Below are positions 17,070 to 26,371 of a stretch of DNA of 56,035 nt, piece by piece (position 1 is the stretch's first letter; the number at the start of each line of letters is the position of its first letter). The DNA is from a virus. Lineage: Duplodnaviria; Caudoviricetes. The translations under genes and the position numbers were made by a program. The DNA is taken from positions 1 through 56,035 of the IMG/VR virus record IMGVR_UViG_3300025098_000052; one strand, given 5' to 3'. The notes beneath the pieces were generated by a model that was given only the letters and a program-made list of their open reading frames with translations, was not told the DNA's origin and did not search any database.

Positions 17070-17364
17070 CATATTACGTTACGTCACATTAAATATGTTT
17101 TACATATAGTGTCTTTAACTAAGGATAGTGGTTAATCAGGTGCAAAAAACCTCGTGTGTGTAACTGTACATATACGTATAACGTAGGTTGGTGGGGTGGC
17201 CCATGCCCGTACCCTTTAGCAATCTTGTTAAGTCATTGAAATTACTACATATTTATTAATGGTTAGCTCAAAAGAAATATTTTATTCTAGTTTTAGCCAT
17301 ATAAAACACTAGTAAAGCATTGTTATTGCTGCATTTTGCTACTGATATACTTTCACTGGTTATA

Positions 17365-17453
17365 ATGTGATCACGAAAAAGCATACCCCTATGGATGTGA
17401 TCACGAAATACACCTATACGATGCACATACACACATCACAATGTGATCACAAA
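17365..17453. repeat. Three ATGTGATCACRAA boxes
   Basis: At 17365, 17395 and 17441; palindromic core GTGATCAC. Confidence 0.8.
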
Positions 17454-17468
17454 TACCAACGCACATTC

Positions 17469-17526
17469 TGCAATGCAGCAAAACGAATCAGTGCAGTGCA
17501 GCATTTGTTATTATGCAGGTGCAGCA
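17469..17526. promoter_or_regulatory. Three TGCA(N1-2)TGCAGCA boxes, PhaR-box-like
   Basis: At 17469, 17492 and 17514, with 22-23 bp period. Confidence 0.45.
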
Positions 17527-17611
17527 TTTCCAGGTGTTGCAATTATGTCACACCGCCAGGTTCCTTATTTATATAGCAATTATGCAAAAATAGCCGTCAA
17601 AAAATTAACTG

Positions 17612-17641
17612 TTTACATTCTCAATGTTCGGGTTGTAAGAT
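17612..17641 (+). promoter_or_regulatory. Candidate early sigma70 promoter
   Basis: TTTACA-N18-TAAGAT just upstream of the first rightward gene. Confidence 0.5.
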
Positions 17642-17672
17642 GATTGCATCAACTCAACAGGAGATTTACCCA

Positions 17673-17873
17673 ATGAACCAGTTAAACATTCACGATATAA
17701 CAAGCATTAAAGTTACTTTACCCGAAGTAAAAACAACAGATTTATCAGGCATAGGAGAGGAAGATACAACGTGGAGTGTAAGATATTTGGAGATAAAAAC
17801 TAAGGAGGGACTTTTTACTATACGTTTATTTGGAGACACTATTGAAGATATTAAAATGCATATGGAATTATAA
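17673..17873 (+). CDS. First early gene, hypothetical
   Basis: ATG 17673 with AGGAG RBS. Confidence 0.7.
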   Translation: MNQLNIHDITSIKVTLPEVKTTDLSGIGEEDTTWSVRYLEIKTKEGLFTIRLFGDTIEDIKMHMEL

Positions 17874-17945
17874 GGAGGTGTTATTTTATCGGTGGCATTC
17901 ATTACGAGTGTCACTGGATAAGGCAACACAAAAGGAGAAGACACA

Positions 17946-18566
17946 ATGCAACAAGTACACATAAGTAAGATGACTGGTAAACTTGACGGTTTCAAAGCTA
18001 TCAGCACCAACACGATTACAAACGACTATTGTAACAAGCAACACGTTAAAGGCAAACAAGATGGAAAGAACATTTGTGGTGATTGTTATTCCCACGCTAT
18101 GCTCAATACGTATCGTAAAAACATGCAAGCATCGTTGCAACGTAACAGTGATTTACTAGCTAGTAGGCCACTTGAACCACAAGAAATACCACGAGTTGTT
18201 GACGCTATGTTTAGGTTCAACGCACATGGTGAACTAATCAATATGCAACACTTTGAAAATCTCATGGCTATTGTTCAAGATAATCCGTGGTGTACGTTTG
18301 CGCTATGGACTAAGCGTGTGGACATTGTGTTTAAATGGTTACGCAACAACGATAAACCTAGCAATTTACAGTTGATCTACAGTAACCCTATGAAGTCTCA
18401 CATTATGAGCAAACCACCTAAGCATTTTGATAAGACGTTCAACAACGTGTTGCAAGATGAGCACACTGACAAACAAAATTGTACTGGTCAAAAATGTAAA
18501 GATTGCAGACTATGTTACACTGTGAATAGTATCACAACTATAGTAGAAAAAGTTAAGAAGTATTAA
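17946..18566 (+). CDS. Gp88-like Cys-rich (Fe-S/radical-SAM-like) protein
   Basis: C..CGDCY, FRFNAHGE, LWTKR, C-terminal C....CxxCxxC. Confidence 0.6.
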   Translation: MQQVHISKMTGKLDGFKAISTNTITNDYCNKQHVKGKQDGKNICGDCYSHAMLNTYRKNMQASLQRNSDLLASRPLEPQEIPRVVDAMFRFNAHGELINMQHFENLMAIVQDNPWCTFALWTKRVDIVFKWLRNNDKPSNLQLIYSNPMKSHIMSKPPKHFDKTFNNVLQDEHTDKQNCTGQKCKDCRLCYTVNSITTIVEKVKKY

Positions 18567-18583
18567 TAAGGAGGACAAACACA

Positions 18584-19762
18584 ATGCAATTTAAATGTAA
18601 AATAGATATGGACAATGATGCATTCGCACACGATCCACACTTGGAGTTAGCTAATATCATTAAACAAATATCAAAAGAGGTTGACGCATTTGTATGTGTA
18701 GAACGCACCAAAACAATACGAGATTACAATGGTAATAAAGTAGGTGAGTGGACAATAGGAGATTAAGATAATGAGAATAAGAGTAAAAGCAGAGGAGACA
18801 GTCTATAAGGAATACTTTGTAGATGTGCCAAAACATATACTAGATGTCAGTAATTTTTTACTATCAAAGACATATCTAAAGAATGCTATCCATAATTGGG
18901 TAGATGAAAATGAATCGGAGTTTGACTATCAAGACTATGACAGTGTTAAAGAATGGTATGCTTGGGAAGAGGTACAGCACAATGACTGAACAAGATAGAT
19001 ATACAGAGCTATATGAAACGTGGTGTAGGGTTGATCTAATTAATTTAATAATAAAGCTTGAGCAAGAGAAGAGGAGTAAACACAATGCTTGAACAAGAGA
19101 CATACATAATGACGGAACAAGAGATGGAAAACTTAATCAATGACGCATTCGGTGCAACGTTCTGGAAATATCTGGCGTTTGTATGGTCTGGATTAGAAGA
19201 GGACTATTGAGATGAAACTACAAGACTTATTCTTTAACAGACATAAGATAGTTAGAGTGGCTTTAAGCTTCAAAAAACTAGAGGTTGATGCAGTCTCTCC
19301 ATTTAACACTGAGGAGGAGAGACATGTAGCAGTAAATAAAATATGTAAAGGTAATATACTTATCAATGAGCTAGAGGAGATACTAGATGCAATATAAAGA
19401 TATAGTGATAGCAGCGGAAGACTTGGAGTGTCACACAATAGACACAGTAGCCGAAGCAATTAGAGAACACATATTGGATTTAGATCTAGCATCATCTAAA
19501 ACACTTACAGGATTTACTTGGAGGATAGATGTAAGAATGAGGACAGACAATGAAAGTTAGGACATACCATAAGAATGGTAAAGCTGTACAGTTTCTAGGC
19601 TACAGCGACATAGATGCATCCAACGCAGCAAAGGTTGTGATGGGTGAGGTAGGAGATGTCGGATACTTCAAGCCAAGACTAGGCACAGATGAATGGATAT
19701 ACGACTGGATATACAAAAAAGAAATAACTGATGAAGACTTAATGAAAGCTTTAGGAAGGTGA
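18584..19762 (+). CDS. Cluster of ~7 small early hypothetical genes (e.g. 18584-18766, 18771-18989, 19212-19397, 19550-19762)
   Basis: Tightly packed short ORFs with GGAG/AGGA RBSs. Confidence 0.6.
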
Positions 19763-19769
19763 CTGTATT

Positions 19770-20102
19770 ATGGCTAGAGTTCATACAGAGAAAGACAGAA
19801 TACGTGACCGTAAAAGGTATGACTATGGGCAATCTGTATTGAAACGTTATAAGCTTATGAAGGGTTGTACTAAATGTGGATACAATGAGAGTCCACACGC
19901 TTTACAGTTCAACCATATTGACCCTAAGCAAAAACGTTTTCTTCTTGCCCAGAAAGCACACAAGATTTTCTTAAGTAAGAACACTAAAGGTAAACAAAAT
20001 ATTAAAGAAGAACTAAGTAGATGCGAGGTTGTGTGTGCTAATTGTCATGCCATCATAACTTACAAAAATAAACACTACGCTATACATAAAAAGGATAGGT
20101 GA
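19770..20102 (+). CDS. HNH-like Zn-binding endonuclease
   Basis: CxxCGY...LQFNHIDP...CEVVCANCH. Confidence 0.7.
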   Translation: MARVHTEKDRIRDRKRYDYGQSVLKRYKLMKGCTKCGYNESPHALQFNHIDPKQKRFLLAQKAHKIFLSKNTKGKQNIKEELSRCEVVCANCHAIITYKNKHYAIHKKDR

Positions 20103-20105
20103 ACA

Positions 20106-20432
20106 ATGCGACTATACATGAACAAGCAAGGCGATTGGGTAGGCACTCAGGCTGAGGCTAAGAAGATCAGTGCATCTATGGTTGATGTACCTACAGACAA
20201 GCCTAACCTACTCAAGTGGCTTAATACATTCACTGGTGCTATAGATGATGCAGCTAAGGAAGTTATAGACAGCAAGCCTAAGACTAGGACTGTGACACAA
20301 AAAGCACACGCATGGGATACTATTATGCAGTGCGCTAAAAATGCTAGTATAAATGATTTAACTATGGCATTGATCGTGTACATGGATAGAGTGCAAGACA
20401 TTGCAGACAAACAAAAGGAGACACAACAATGA
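20106..20432 (+). CDS. Hypothetical protein
   Basis: W.GTQAEA...VPTDK..LL.WLN motif; RBS present. Confidence 0.7.
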   Translation: MRLYMNKQGDWVGTQAEAKKISASMVDVPTDKPNLLKWLNTFTGAIDDAAKEVIDSKPKTRTVTQKAHAWDTIMQCAKNASINDLTMALIVYMDRVQDIADKQKETQQ

Positions 20433-20608
20433 GTATTGAGGGTAAGTTAGAATTAGAAGCAAGAGAAGCATTTGATGATGCTAAACTAGCTTTGATGTTT
20501 GACTACATGTACATGGGTACAATGACAGATCAACAACACGGTTATGAGTATCTCTCATTCAAACACATTGAGACTAGAGACTATATCAAAATACCTAAAA
20601 GGAGTTAG
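20429..20608 (+). CDS. Hypothetical protein, 59 aa; not in the ORF track
   Basis: AAGGAG RBS and ATGA overlap; FKHIETRDY motif. Confidence 0.6.
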   Translation: MSIEGKLELEAREAFDDAKLALMFDYMYMGTMTDQQHGYEYLSFKHIETRDYIKIPKRS

Positions 20609-20612
20609 GCTA

Positions 20613-20828
20613 ATGAACTACAAGACATCACAAGGTGTAGAACTATCAGATGATGGGTACACCAAGGTAACAGTTAAAGAAAGTTTAGGGTACGGATGGG
20701 AAGCTACGTTGTACAACAATGACCGACTCGTACTCACACAAGATGCTACAGGAGAGACACTGAGCATACCACCAGAGTCTACGCAAACACTGCGAGACAT
20801 ATTTAAATCTATTAATGAGGAGACATAA
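20613..20828 (+). CDS. Hypothetical protein
   Basis: ATG 20613 with AAGGAG RBS. Confidence 0.6.
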   Translation: MNYKTSQGVELSDDGYTKVTVKESLGYGWEATLYNNDRLVLTQDATGETLSIPPESTQTLRDIFKSINEET

Positions 20829-20833
20829 ACACA

Positions 20834-21049
20834 ATGGCTAACAATCAACTTAAAACAATTATTAAACACCTTGAGACAGTAGGTAGTATATCAACTCTAG
20901 AGGCTATCATACAGTACAGTATCATGGCGTTACCTAGACGTATCAAAGACCTTAAGGAACAAGGGTATAACCTCAACAGCATACGCAAGTCACACCCAGT
21001 GACAGGTAAACGCTACACACGTTATGTATTAGTAGAGGATGCAGCGTAA
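20834..21049 (+). CDS. Winged helix-turn-helix DNA-binding protein
   Basis: I..HL...GSISTLEA...Y.I..L..RI.DLK..GY.L pattern. Confidence 0.7.
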   Translation: MANNQLKTIIKHLETVGSISTLEAIIQYSIMALPRRIKDLKEQGYNLNSIRKSHPVTGKRYTRYVLVEDAA

Positions 21050-21056
21050 CGTATAA

Positions 21057-21078
21057 CCCCTATACTAGTAACGATAAG
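21057..21078 (+). repeat. 22-bp element, inverted copy of 16919-16940
   Basis: CCCCTATACTAGTAACGATAAG, intergenic. Confidence 0.9.
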
Positions 21079-21096
21079 GAAAAAGGAGATAACATT

Positions 21097-22723
21097 ATGG
21101 TTTGGGCATTAGTATGGATGCAGTTACTAATCACATCGCAGACAGTGAAATACTTTCACGTTGATACATTCGATAGTAAAGAAGAATGCGTTGCAGCTAT
21201 GAGCCAAGCGGCTGTTCTTGTATCAAACAAGAGTGAGACACTAGCATGTCTAGAGCTACAAGTAGAGTAGTTATCATGCAGCGCAAGAAGAAATGGGTAG
21301 CGTATGATAAGGATGGTTATGTTCTTGTCATATGCACAAACAAAAGAATAGTAGAGAACTTTGTAAAGAACAGGAGGAAGTAAGATGTTAGATGAGAGTA
21401 TGTATAAAACACTTTCAGCAGCGTGTGACATAACACTTGCGTTAGGAAGAAAGCATCACACAGGTGACTACGCTCTTAAGCATTTGGTATGGGATTTAAA
21501 TAGTAAAGGTCATACTCAAGTGGCTTTAGTTAAAGAATCATCAGAGTTGCAGTATATAATAAATAATTCCCACTGGGATGATGTGCCTACAGACATGCAG
21601 CACTTTGCTCTTACTGGCATAGCTAAAATACATAATTTAGATTTAGTTGAATACATAGAGGAGGAAGAACTAAAATGTTAGAAGACAAGACATATAAAGT
21701 AAAAGTAGGTGAGTGGAACGATGCAGTTATCTACGTATACGAGAGACATCATAAGTGTTTGAACCCTGATGATAAGCCAGAGGATCACAGATATAAACAT
21801 TGGAAAGAAGTAGTTACAGTTATACCTGTGAGCCATGAATTAGATGACTACCAGGATACGTCAGGTATGTTCCATAATAATGTAAGGGCTACAGTGGATG
21901 CACTAGCGGAGCTATACTCTTCAAGTCCTGACTACGAGATGGGTGTTGAGTACGTTATGAATACCCATCAGTATATCAACGTGTAGGAGGTAGTATGTAT
22001 TACGCACTAGACATATACAGTAAGACAACAAAGAAGATGTTTGCTTATCATTCAAGCGACAGCCGTAAGGATATATTGAAACTAAAAGAGATGTATGGTA
22101 AGAGTGATTTGATATACATCAAGGAATGTTACGGAGAGACAGATGCAGACAAACAAATATACAGAGAGTCTTCCAAATATGGAGGAACCACAGTTGCCAG
22201 TTAGTATGCTACAGCACATGGAGCAGATGGGTTTACTACCTGTCTCCCATGATGATGATGGAGTAAACAATATAGACTTACCCTGGAGGAGTAATACAAA
22301 TTTTTTCAGGCGAGATGTATTAGATGAGAAAGGAGAGCCGTTGTTCTAATGTATGTTATACCTATTACGTTGATAATAATATATTTATTAGCTTTTGTTT
22401 GGTTTATATATGACACAGGCAAAGGAGATGATGACGGAAGGAACAGAAGAAGATGACACACGATGATGAAGTTGACCCAAAAGATGACCCACACGATGAC
22501 ATTACTGACAGTCTTGGGAATCTATCTAAAGAGAATACTGACAGCAATGAGCGTCCTGATGAACGTGATACTAGGAGGACAAAACAATCAGACGTTCAGC
22601 GCAAGGAATCACCAGTGGCAGAGAGAGGGAAAGCCTAACGTAGTTTATTTCATTGACATGCTTATCGGCAAAGGTCATTGTGTAGAAGCGTGGGTATATT
22701 GGAAAGTGAGGAGAAAATGGTAG
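21097..22723 (+). CDS. Cluster of small hypothetical genes (21097-21270, 21385-21681, 21675-21986, 21995-22204, ~22179-22349, 22463-22723 and others)
   Basis: Overlapping start/stop junctions and RBSs; some have TM segments. Confidence 0.55.
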
Positions 22724-23634
22724 ACATACCTAAACATACATCGAAGCTATCAGCTATTGTAGACTTCTATCTGCACAGTAGTAACTTCTGTAGTCTAAGT
22801 CCTAAGTCACAGAAAGACTATGAGACACACTTGGAAGTAATACTAAAGACTAACGTAGAAGGTAGGCTCTTAGGTAACTACACAGTGCGTAGCATCAAAG
22901 CTAGACACACTAACCTGGCTTACGAGAAGTGGCTTGTGTCTGGTGTACGTACTGCTAACTATCGTAAGGCTATCTTATCTGCTGCATGGAAGTACAGCTT
23001 GAGGTTAGACGTGATGGATAATGACCCAGTACGTTTGATCAAGACGAAGAGCACTAAGCCACGCAAGGTCAAGTGGACTCGTGACCAAGTGTTACTGTTT
23101 CTTGATACAGCATACGGTAACTTCAGGTGGCGCAGCATTGGGTTGATTGTACATATGGCATACGAGTGGGCGCAGCGTGTAGGAGACATGCGTACCTTGA
23201 CTTGGGATAACATTAACTTCAGCGCACAACGTGTTGATTTAACACAAAGTAAACGTGGTGCTGATGTGCACCTACCTATACCTGATGATCTACTATCTAT
23301 GCTTAGACAACAGAGCCAGGACTTTGGATTCCAGAACTACGTAGCACCTAAGACTACACCAGTAGCAGGGGCATATGTACCTTACGCAATTGATCACATC
23401 GATGATGCAATCAACGAAGTCAAGGAAGCTGCAGGACTACCAAAGAAACTAACAGCTATGGATCTACGCAGGACTGCAATCACTGAGATGGTAGAGGCAG
23501 GTGTTGAGACTCTTGAGTTGATGCAAGTGACAGGTCACAGGAATCCTGAGTCAGTCAAGCCATACTTAGTCAACACATTTAGTGGCGCAAGCAATGCGTT
23601 AAACAAAAGGAGGAGCAAGGATGATCAACATTAA
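22717..23634 (+). CDS. int: Tyrosine recombinase/integrase (start ATG 22717)
   Basis: Catalytic R (QRVGD), K (QSK), DLRRT in place of HxxR, TGH, Y (PYL); AGGAG RBS. Confidence 0.85.
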   Translation: MVDIPKHTSKLSAIVDFYLHSSNFCSLSPKSQKDYETHLEVILKTNVEGRLLGNYTVRSIKARHTNLAYEKWLVSGVRTANYRKAILSAAWKYSLRLDVMDNDPVRLIKTKSTKPRKVKWTRDQVLLFLDTAYGNFRWRSIGLIVHMAYEWAQRVGDMRTLTWDNINFSAQRVDLTQSKRGADVHLPIPDDLLSMLRQQSQDFGFQNYVAPKTTPVAGAYVPYAIDHIDDAINEVKEAAGLPKKLTAMDLRRTAITEMVEAGVETLELMQVTGHRNPESVKPYLVNTFSGASNALNKRRSKDDQH

Positions 23635-24409
23635 GAACTACCTAGAGTCGCTTGATTTAAAAGAAGAATACAGACACAGAGGTGACTGCCCTAAGTGCAA
23701 AGGTAAGAACACATTCACTGCTACACGAGATGGTAGTGCGCTGTTGTACAACTGTTACAAGCTTGACTGTAACACCAAAGGTGTAGTGTCATCAGGTATG
23801 ACAGCAAGAGAGATACAGCGTAAGCTCAAAGGGTATGAAGAACCTGAGTCAGAACACGAGACATTCACTTGGCCTGAGTATGTAGTGACACCTACTGCAG
23901 AACACAGAGATCACGAAAGGTTTATAGGTAGGTGGGGCTTGTATGGTGAGGACTTGATGTACGATGTAATGGATGGACGTGTAGTGTTTCCTATCTATGA
24001 CAGAGGTAAATTAGTTGGAGCTATAGGTAGATGTACATCTTACTCAGGGCAAGTTAAGTGGAAGCGTTACGATAGGACACCTACTGTATTCACTCGTGTC
24101 GTAGGTAAACCTAGTGGTGTCGTAATGATAGTAGAGGATGTTATTAGTGCAACTGTAGCAGCTAAACTATTCCCTGGCTTAACAGGTCTAGCTATACTAG
24201 GTACATCATTTAGTGTGTCTAATATGCAACACTTAGATAATTTCTACAAAGTTATAGTAGCATTAGACCCAGATGCTGCACATAAAACATTAGAGTACAA
24301 GAGAGAGATAGAGGCTTGCACAGGGTTAGAGACTATAGCGTTAAGACTCTATGATGATATTAAATATAAAGTAGAAGCAGACATTAAAAAACTAGAGGAG
24401 ATAGTTTAA
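23621..24409 (+). CDS. DNA primase (Zn finger + TOPRIM)
   Basis: CPKC...C....C; VED; LDPD. Confidence 0.85.
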   Translation: MINIKNYLESLDLKEEYRHRGDCPKCKGKNTFTATRDGSALLYNCYKLDCNTKGVVSSGMTAREIQRKLKGYEEPESEHETFTWPEYVVTPTAEHRDHERFIGRWGLYGEDLMYDVMDGRVVFPIYDRGKLVGAIGRCTSYSGQVKWKRYDRTPTVFTRVVGKPSGVVMIVEDVISATVAAKLFPGLTGLAILGTSFSVSNMQHLDNFYKVIVALDPDAAHKTLEYKREIEACTGLETIALRLYDDIKYKVEADIKKLEEIV

Positions 24410-25126
24410 TGACACCAAGAGAAGAAGCAGAGTTAGAAGCAAAGATAACACACGAAGCATTTATTAAGTGGGTAAAGGTTACCTTCTACTGGATAATGGC
24501 AATGCTATTAGTACTAGCGTACTTTAACTTCGGAGTAGATAACAAAACAGGTAGCCAGTACAACGGTGCAGTATACGCACCCAAAAATATAGGAGACAAG
24601 TAATGCAACCAAAGAATGTACCATGTCATATCCGTATCAAGGTAGAGCCAACGCAGCAGCAGAAAGGTAGAGCCTGTCGCTTACACGGTAAAGACTTCAA
24701 GAGTATAGCTGACGCAGCGAGACACTGGAATGTGAACTACTCGTGGGCAGCAGAACAAGTTAGTAAAGGATGGAACAAAGAAGGTTTCCCTCAAAAGTAT
24801 AGGAAGAGTTATGTCTGAACAATACTGTACAACAAAAGGTTTAGGGTGGGCATTCTTAACGTGTGCATTTCTTATAGTAGGTGTGCCTGTACTGATGTGG
24901 TTAGCCTTAGAGGGCAGCAGTTGGTATGAAACATTTAGCATGATGAATCCAATGTGGTGATGGCATGAAAAAGACAGCAATAATAGATGAACGTGTACCG
25001 TTAGGAAAAGTATACGTTGACTTGACAGTAGATGAAGTGTTAGAGGCGTGTAAGAGATACGCATCAGACAAAGCATTTGATGAGGAGTTAGATAAGATAT
25101 ACAACAAGGAGACAAGTTTTGATTAG
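24409..25126 (+). CDS. Four small genes (24409-24603 TM; 24603-24818 NUMOD1/HTH-like; 24811-24960 TM; 24965-25126)
   Basis: Coupled ORFs; GKDFKSIADAARHW motif in 24603-24818. Confidence 0.6.
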
Positions 25127-25141
25127 AGAGAGGAGATACAC

Positions 25142-26371
25142 ATGATGGAACTAGCATTAATCCGTACTATGTTGGACAAAGAGTTCTACGATAATCACAA
25201 GGGTATACGTTGTCCAGATAAGATATTTAGTAAAGATGCACGTAAGATTAAGCAGACGCTTGACTACGCTATGGATACATACGGTAAGAACATTACACCT
25301 ACAGAGTTAGAGTCTCTGTTCTTTGTTAACAATACCAGTATGACTACAGCTAACAAGTTAGTCTTTAATGAGTTGTTTCAAAAGGTTGCACGAGAGAAGC
25401 CACTATCTACAGAGATAGCTGATGATGTATTGTCTAAGTTATTTCAACAGGTAGTAGGTGAAGAGATTGCTAACCTTGGTTTTGATTACGTCAACGGATC
25501 ACAGTCTAGCCTCGAACCCTTGAGAAACATACTGAGTAATTACCAAGATGATTTCCTACCCAACCTCAAGGTAGAGTGGGATGATACAAGTATTGATACA
25601 CTACTAAAAGCCAACGACATACAGTCACAATGGAAGTGGAACATACCTACGCTTAGGCGTAAGACAGAGGGCATCAGCGCAGGACACCTGGTTGTTGTAG
25701 GTGCTAGACCTAACACAGGTAAGACTAGCTTTCATGCTAGTACAATAGCTGCGCCTGATGGCTTTGCTTCACAGGGTGCTAAGTGTATGGTTCTGTGTAA
25801 CGAAGAAAGTTATGAACGTGTAGGTGCAAGATACCTTAGTGCCGCTACAAGTATGAGCATGGATGAAGTTAAGACTAACATGGCGGTGGCTGCATTACGT
25901 TACGATCCAGTAGAAAAGAACGTCTTTATCAAAGACAGCACAGGTAAAGACATGGCATGGGTTGAGGCTATCATCAAAGCATACGAGCCTGACATTGTAG
26001 TGCTTGATATGGGTGACAAGTTTGCATCGAAGACAAGTGATAAGTCGGACATCTATCTTAAGGAAGCAGCCATACATGCACGTAACATATCTAAGGAACA
26101 CAAGTGTGCAATCATATGGATGTCACAGTTGAGTGCAGCAGCAGAAGGTTTGGTACATCCTGATCAATCTATGCTTGAAGGTAGCCGTACTGGTAAAGCA
26201 GCGGAAGCTGACTTGATGATTCTTATTTCAAAGAACAAGGTGGTTGAAGGACAAGATGAAGAAGAAAGTAACCAACGGCATCTTTGTATAGCCAAGAACA
26301 AACTCAAGGGTGGATGGCATGGTACTATTCACTGTGAGTTAGATGGAGATAGGAGTCAGTACTTAGCATGA
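25142..26371 (+). CDS. DnaB/SF4 replicative helicase
   Basis: GARPNTGKT, NEE, VVLD, SQL, AKNK. Confidence 0.9.
   Translation: MMELALIRTMLDKEFYDNHKGIRCPDKIFSKDARKIKQTLDYAMDTYGKNITPTELESLFFVNNTSMTTANKLVFNELFQKVAREKPLSTEIADDVLSKLFQQVVGEEIANLGFDYVNGSQSSLEPLRNILSNYQDDFLPNLKVEWDDTSIDTLLKANDIQSQWKWNIPTLRRKTEGISAGHLVVVGARPNTGKTSFHASTIAAPDGFASQGAKCMVLCNEESYERVGARYLSAATSMSMDEVKTNMAVAALRYDPVEKNVFIKDSTGKDMAWVEAIIKAYEPDIVVLDMGDKFASKTSDKSDIYLKEAAIHARNISKEHKCAIIWMSQLSAAAEGLVHPDQSMLEGSRTGKAAEADLMILISKNKVVEGQDEEESNQRHLCIAKNKLKGGWHGTIHCELDGDRSQYLA

Noticed and set aside
17005-17135. CtrA boxes (TTAA-N7-TTAA)
   Set aside because: TTAA half-sites are present, but none of the pairs I checked has the 7-bp spacing
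17259-17272. tRNA-like GGTTAGCTCA fragment (tRNA or attP)
   Set aside because: No cloverleaf or T-arm follows, and the match is too short
17367-17643. ORFs 17367-17576 and 17443-17643
   Set aside because: They run through the repeat boxes, have no RBS and have atypical composition
20539-20548. CTCATAACC (tRNA-CAT anticodon-loop-like) on the - strand as attP core
   Set aside because: A 9-10 bp match inside a coding region is expected by chance
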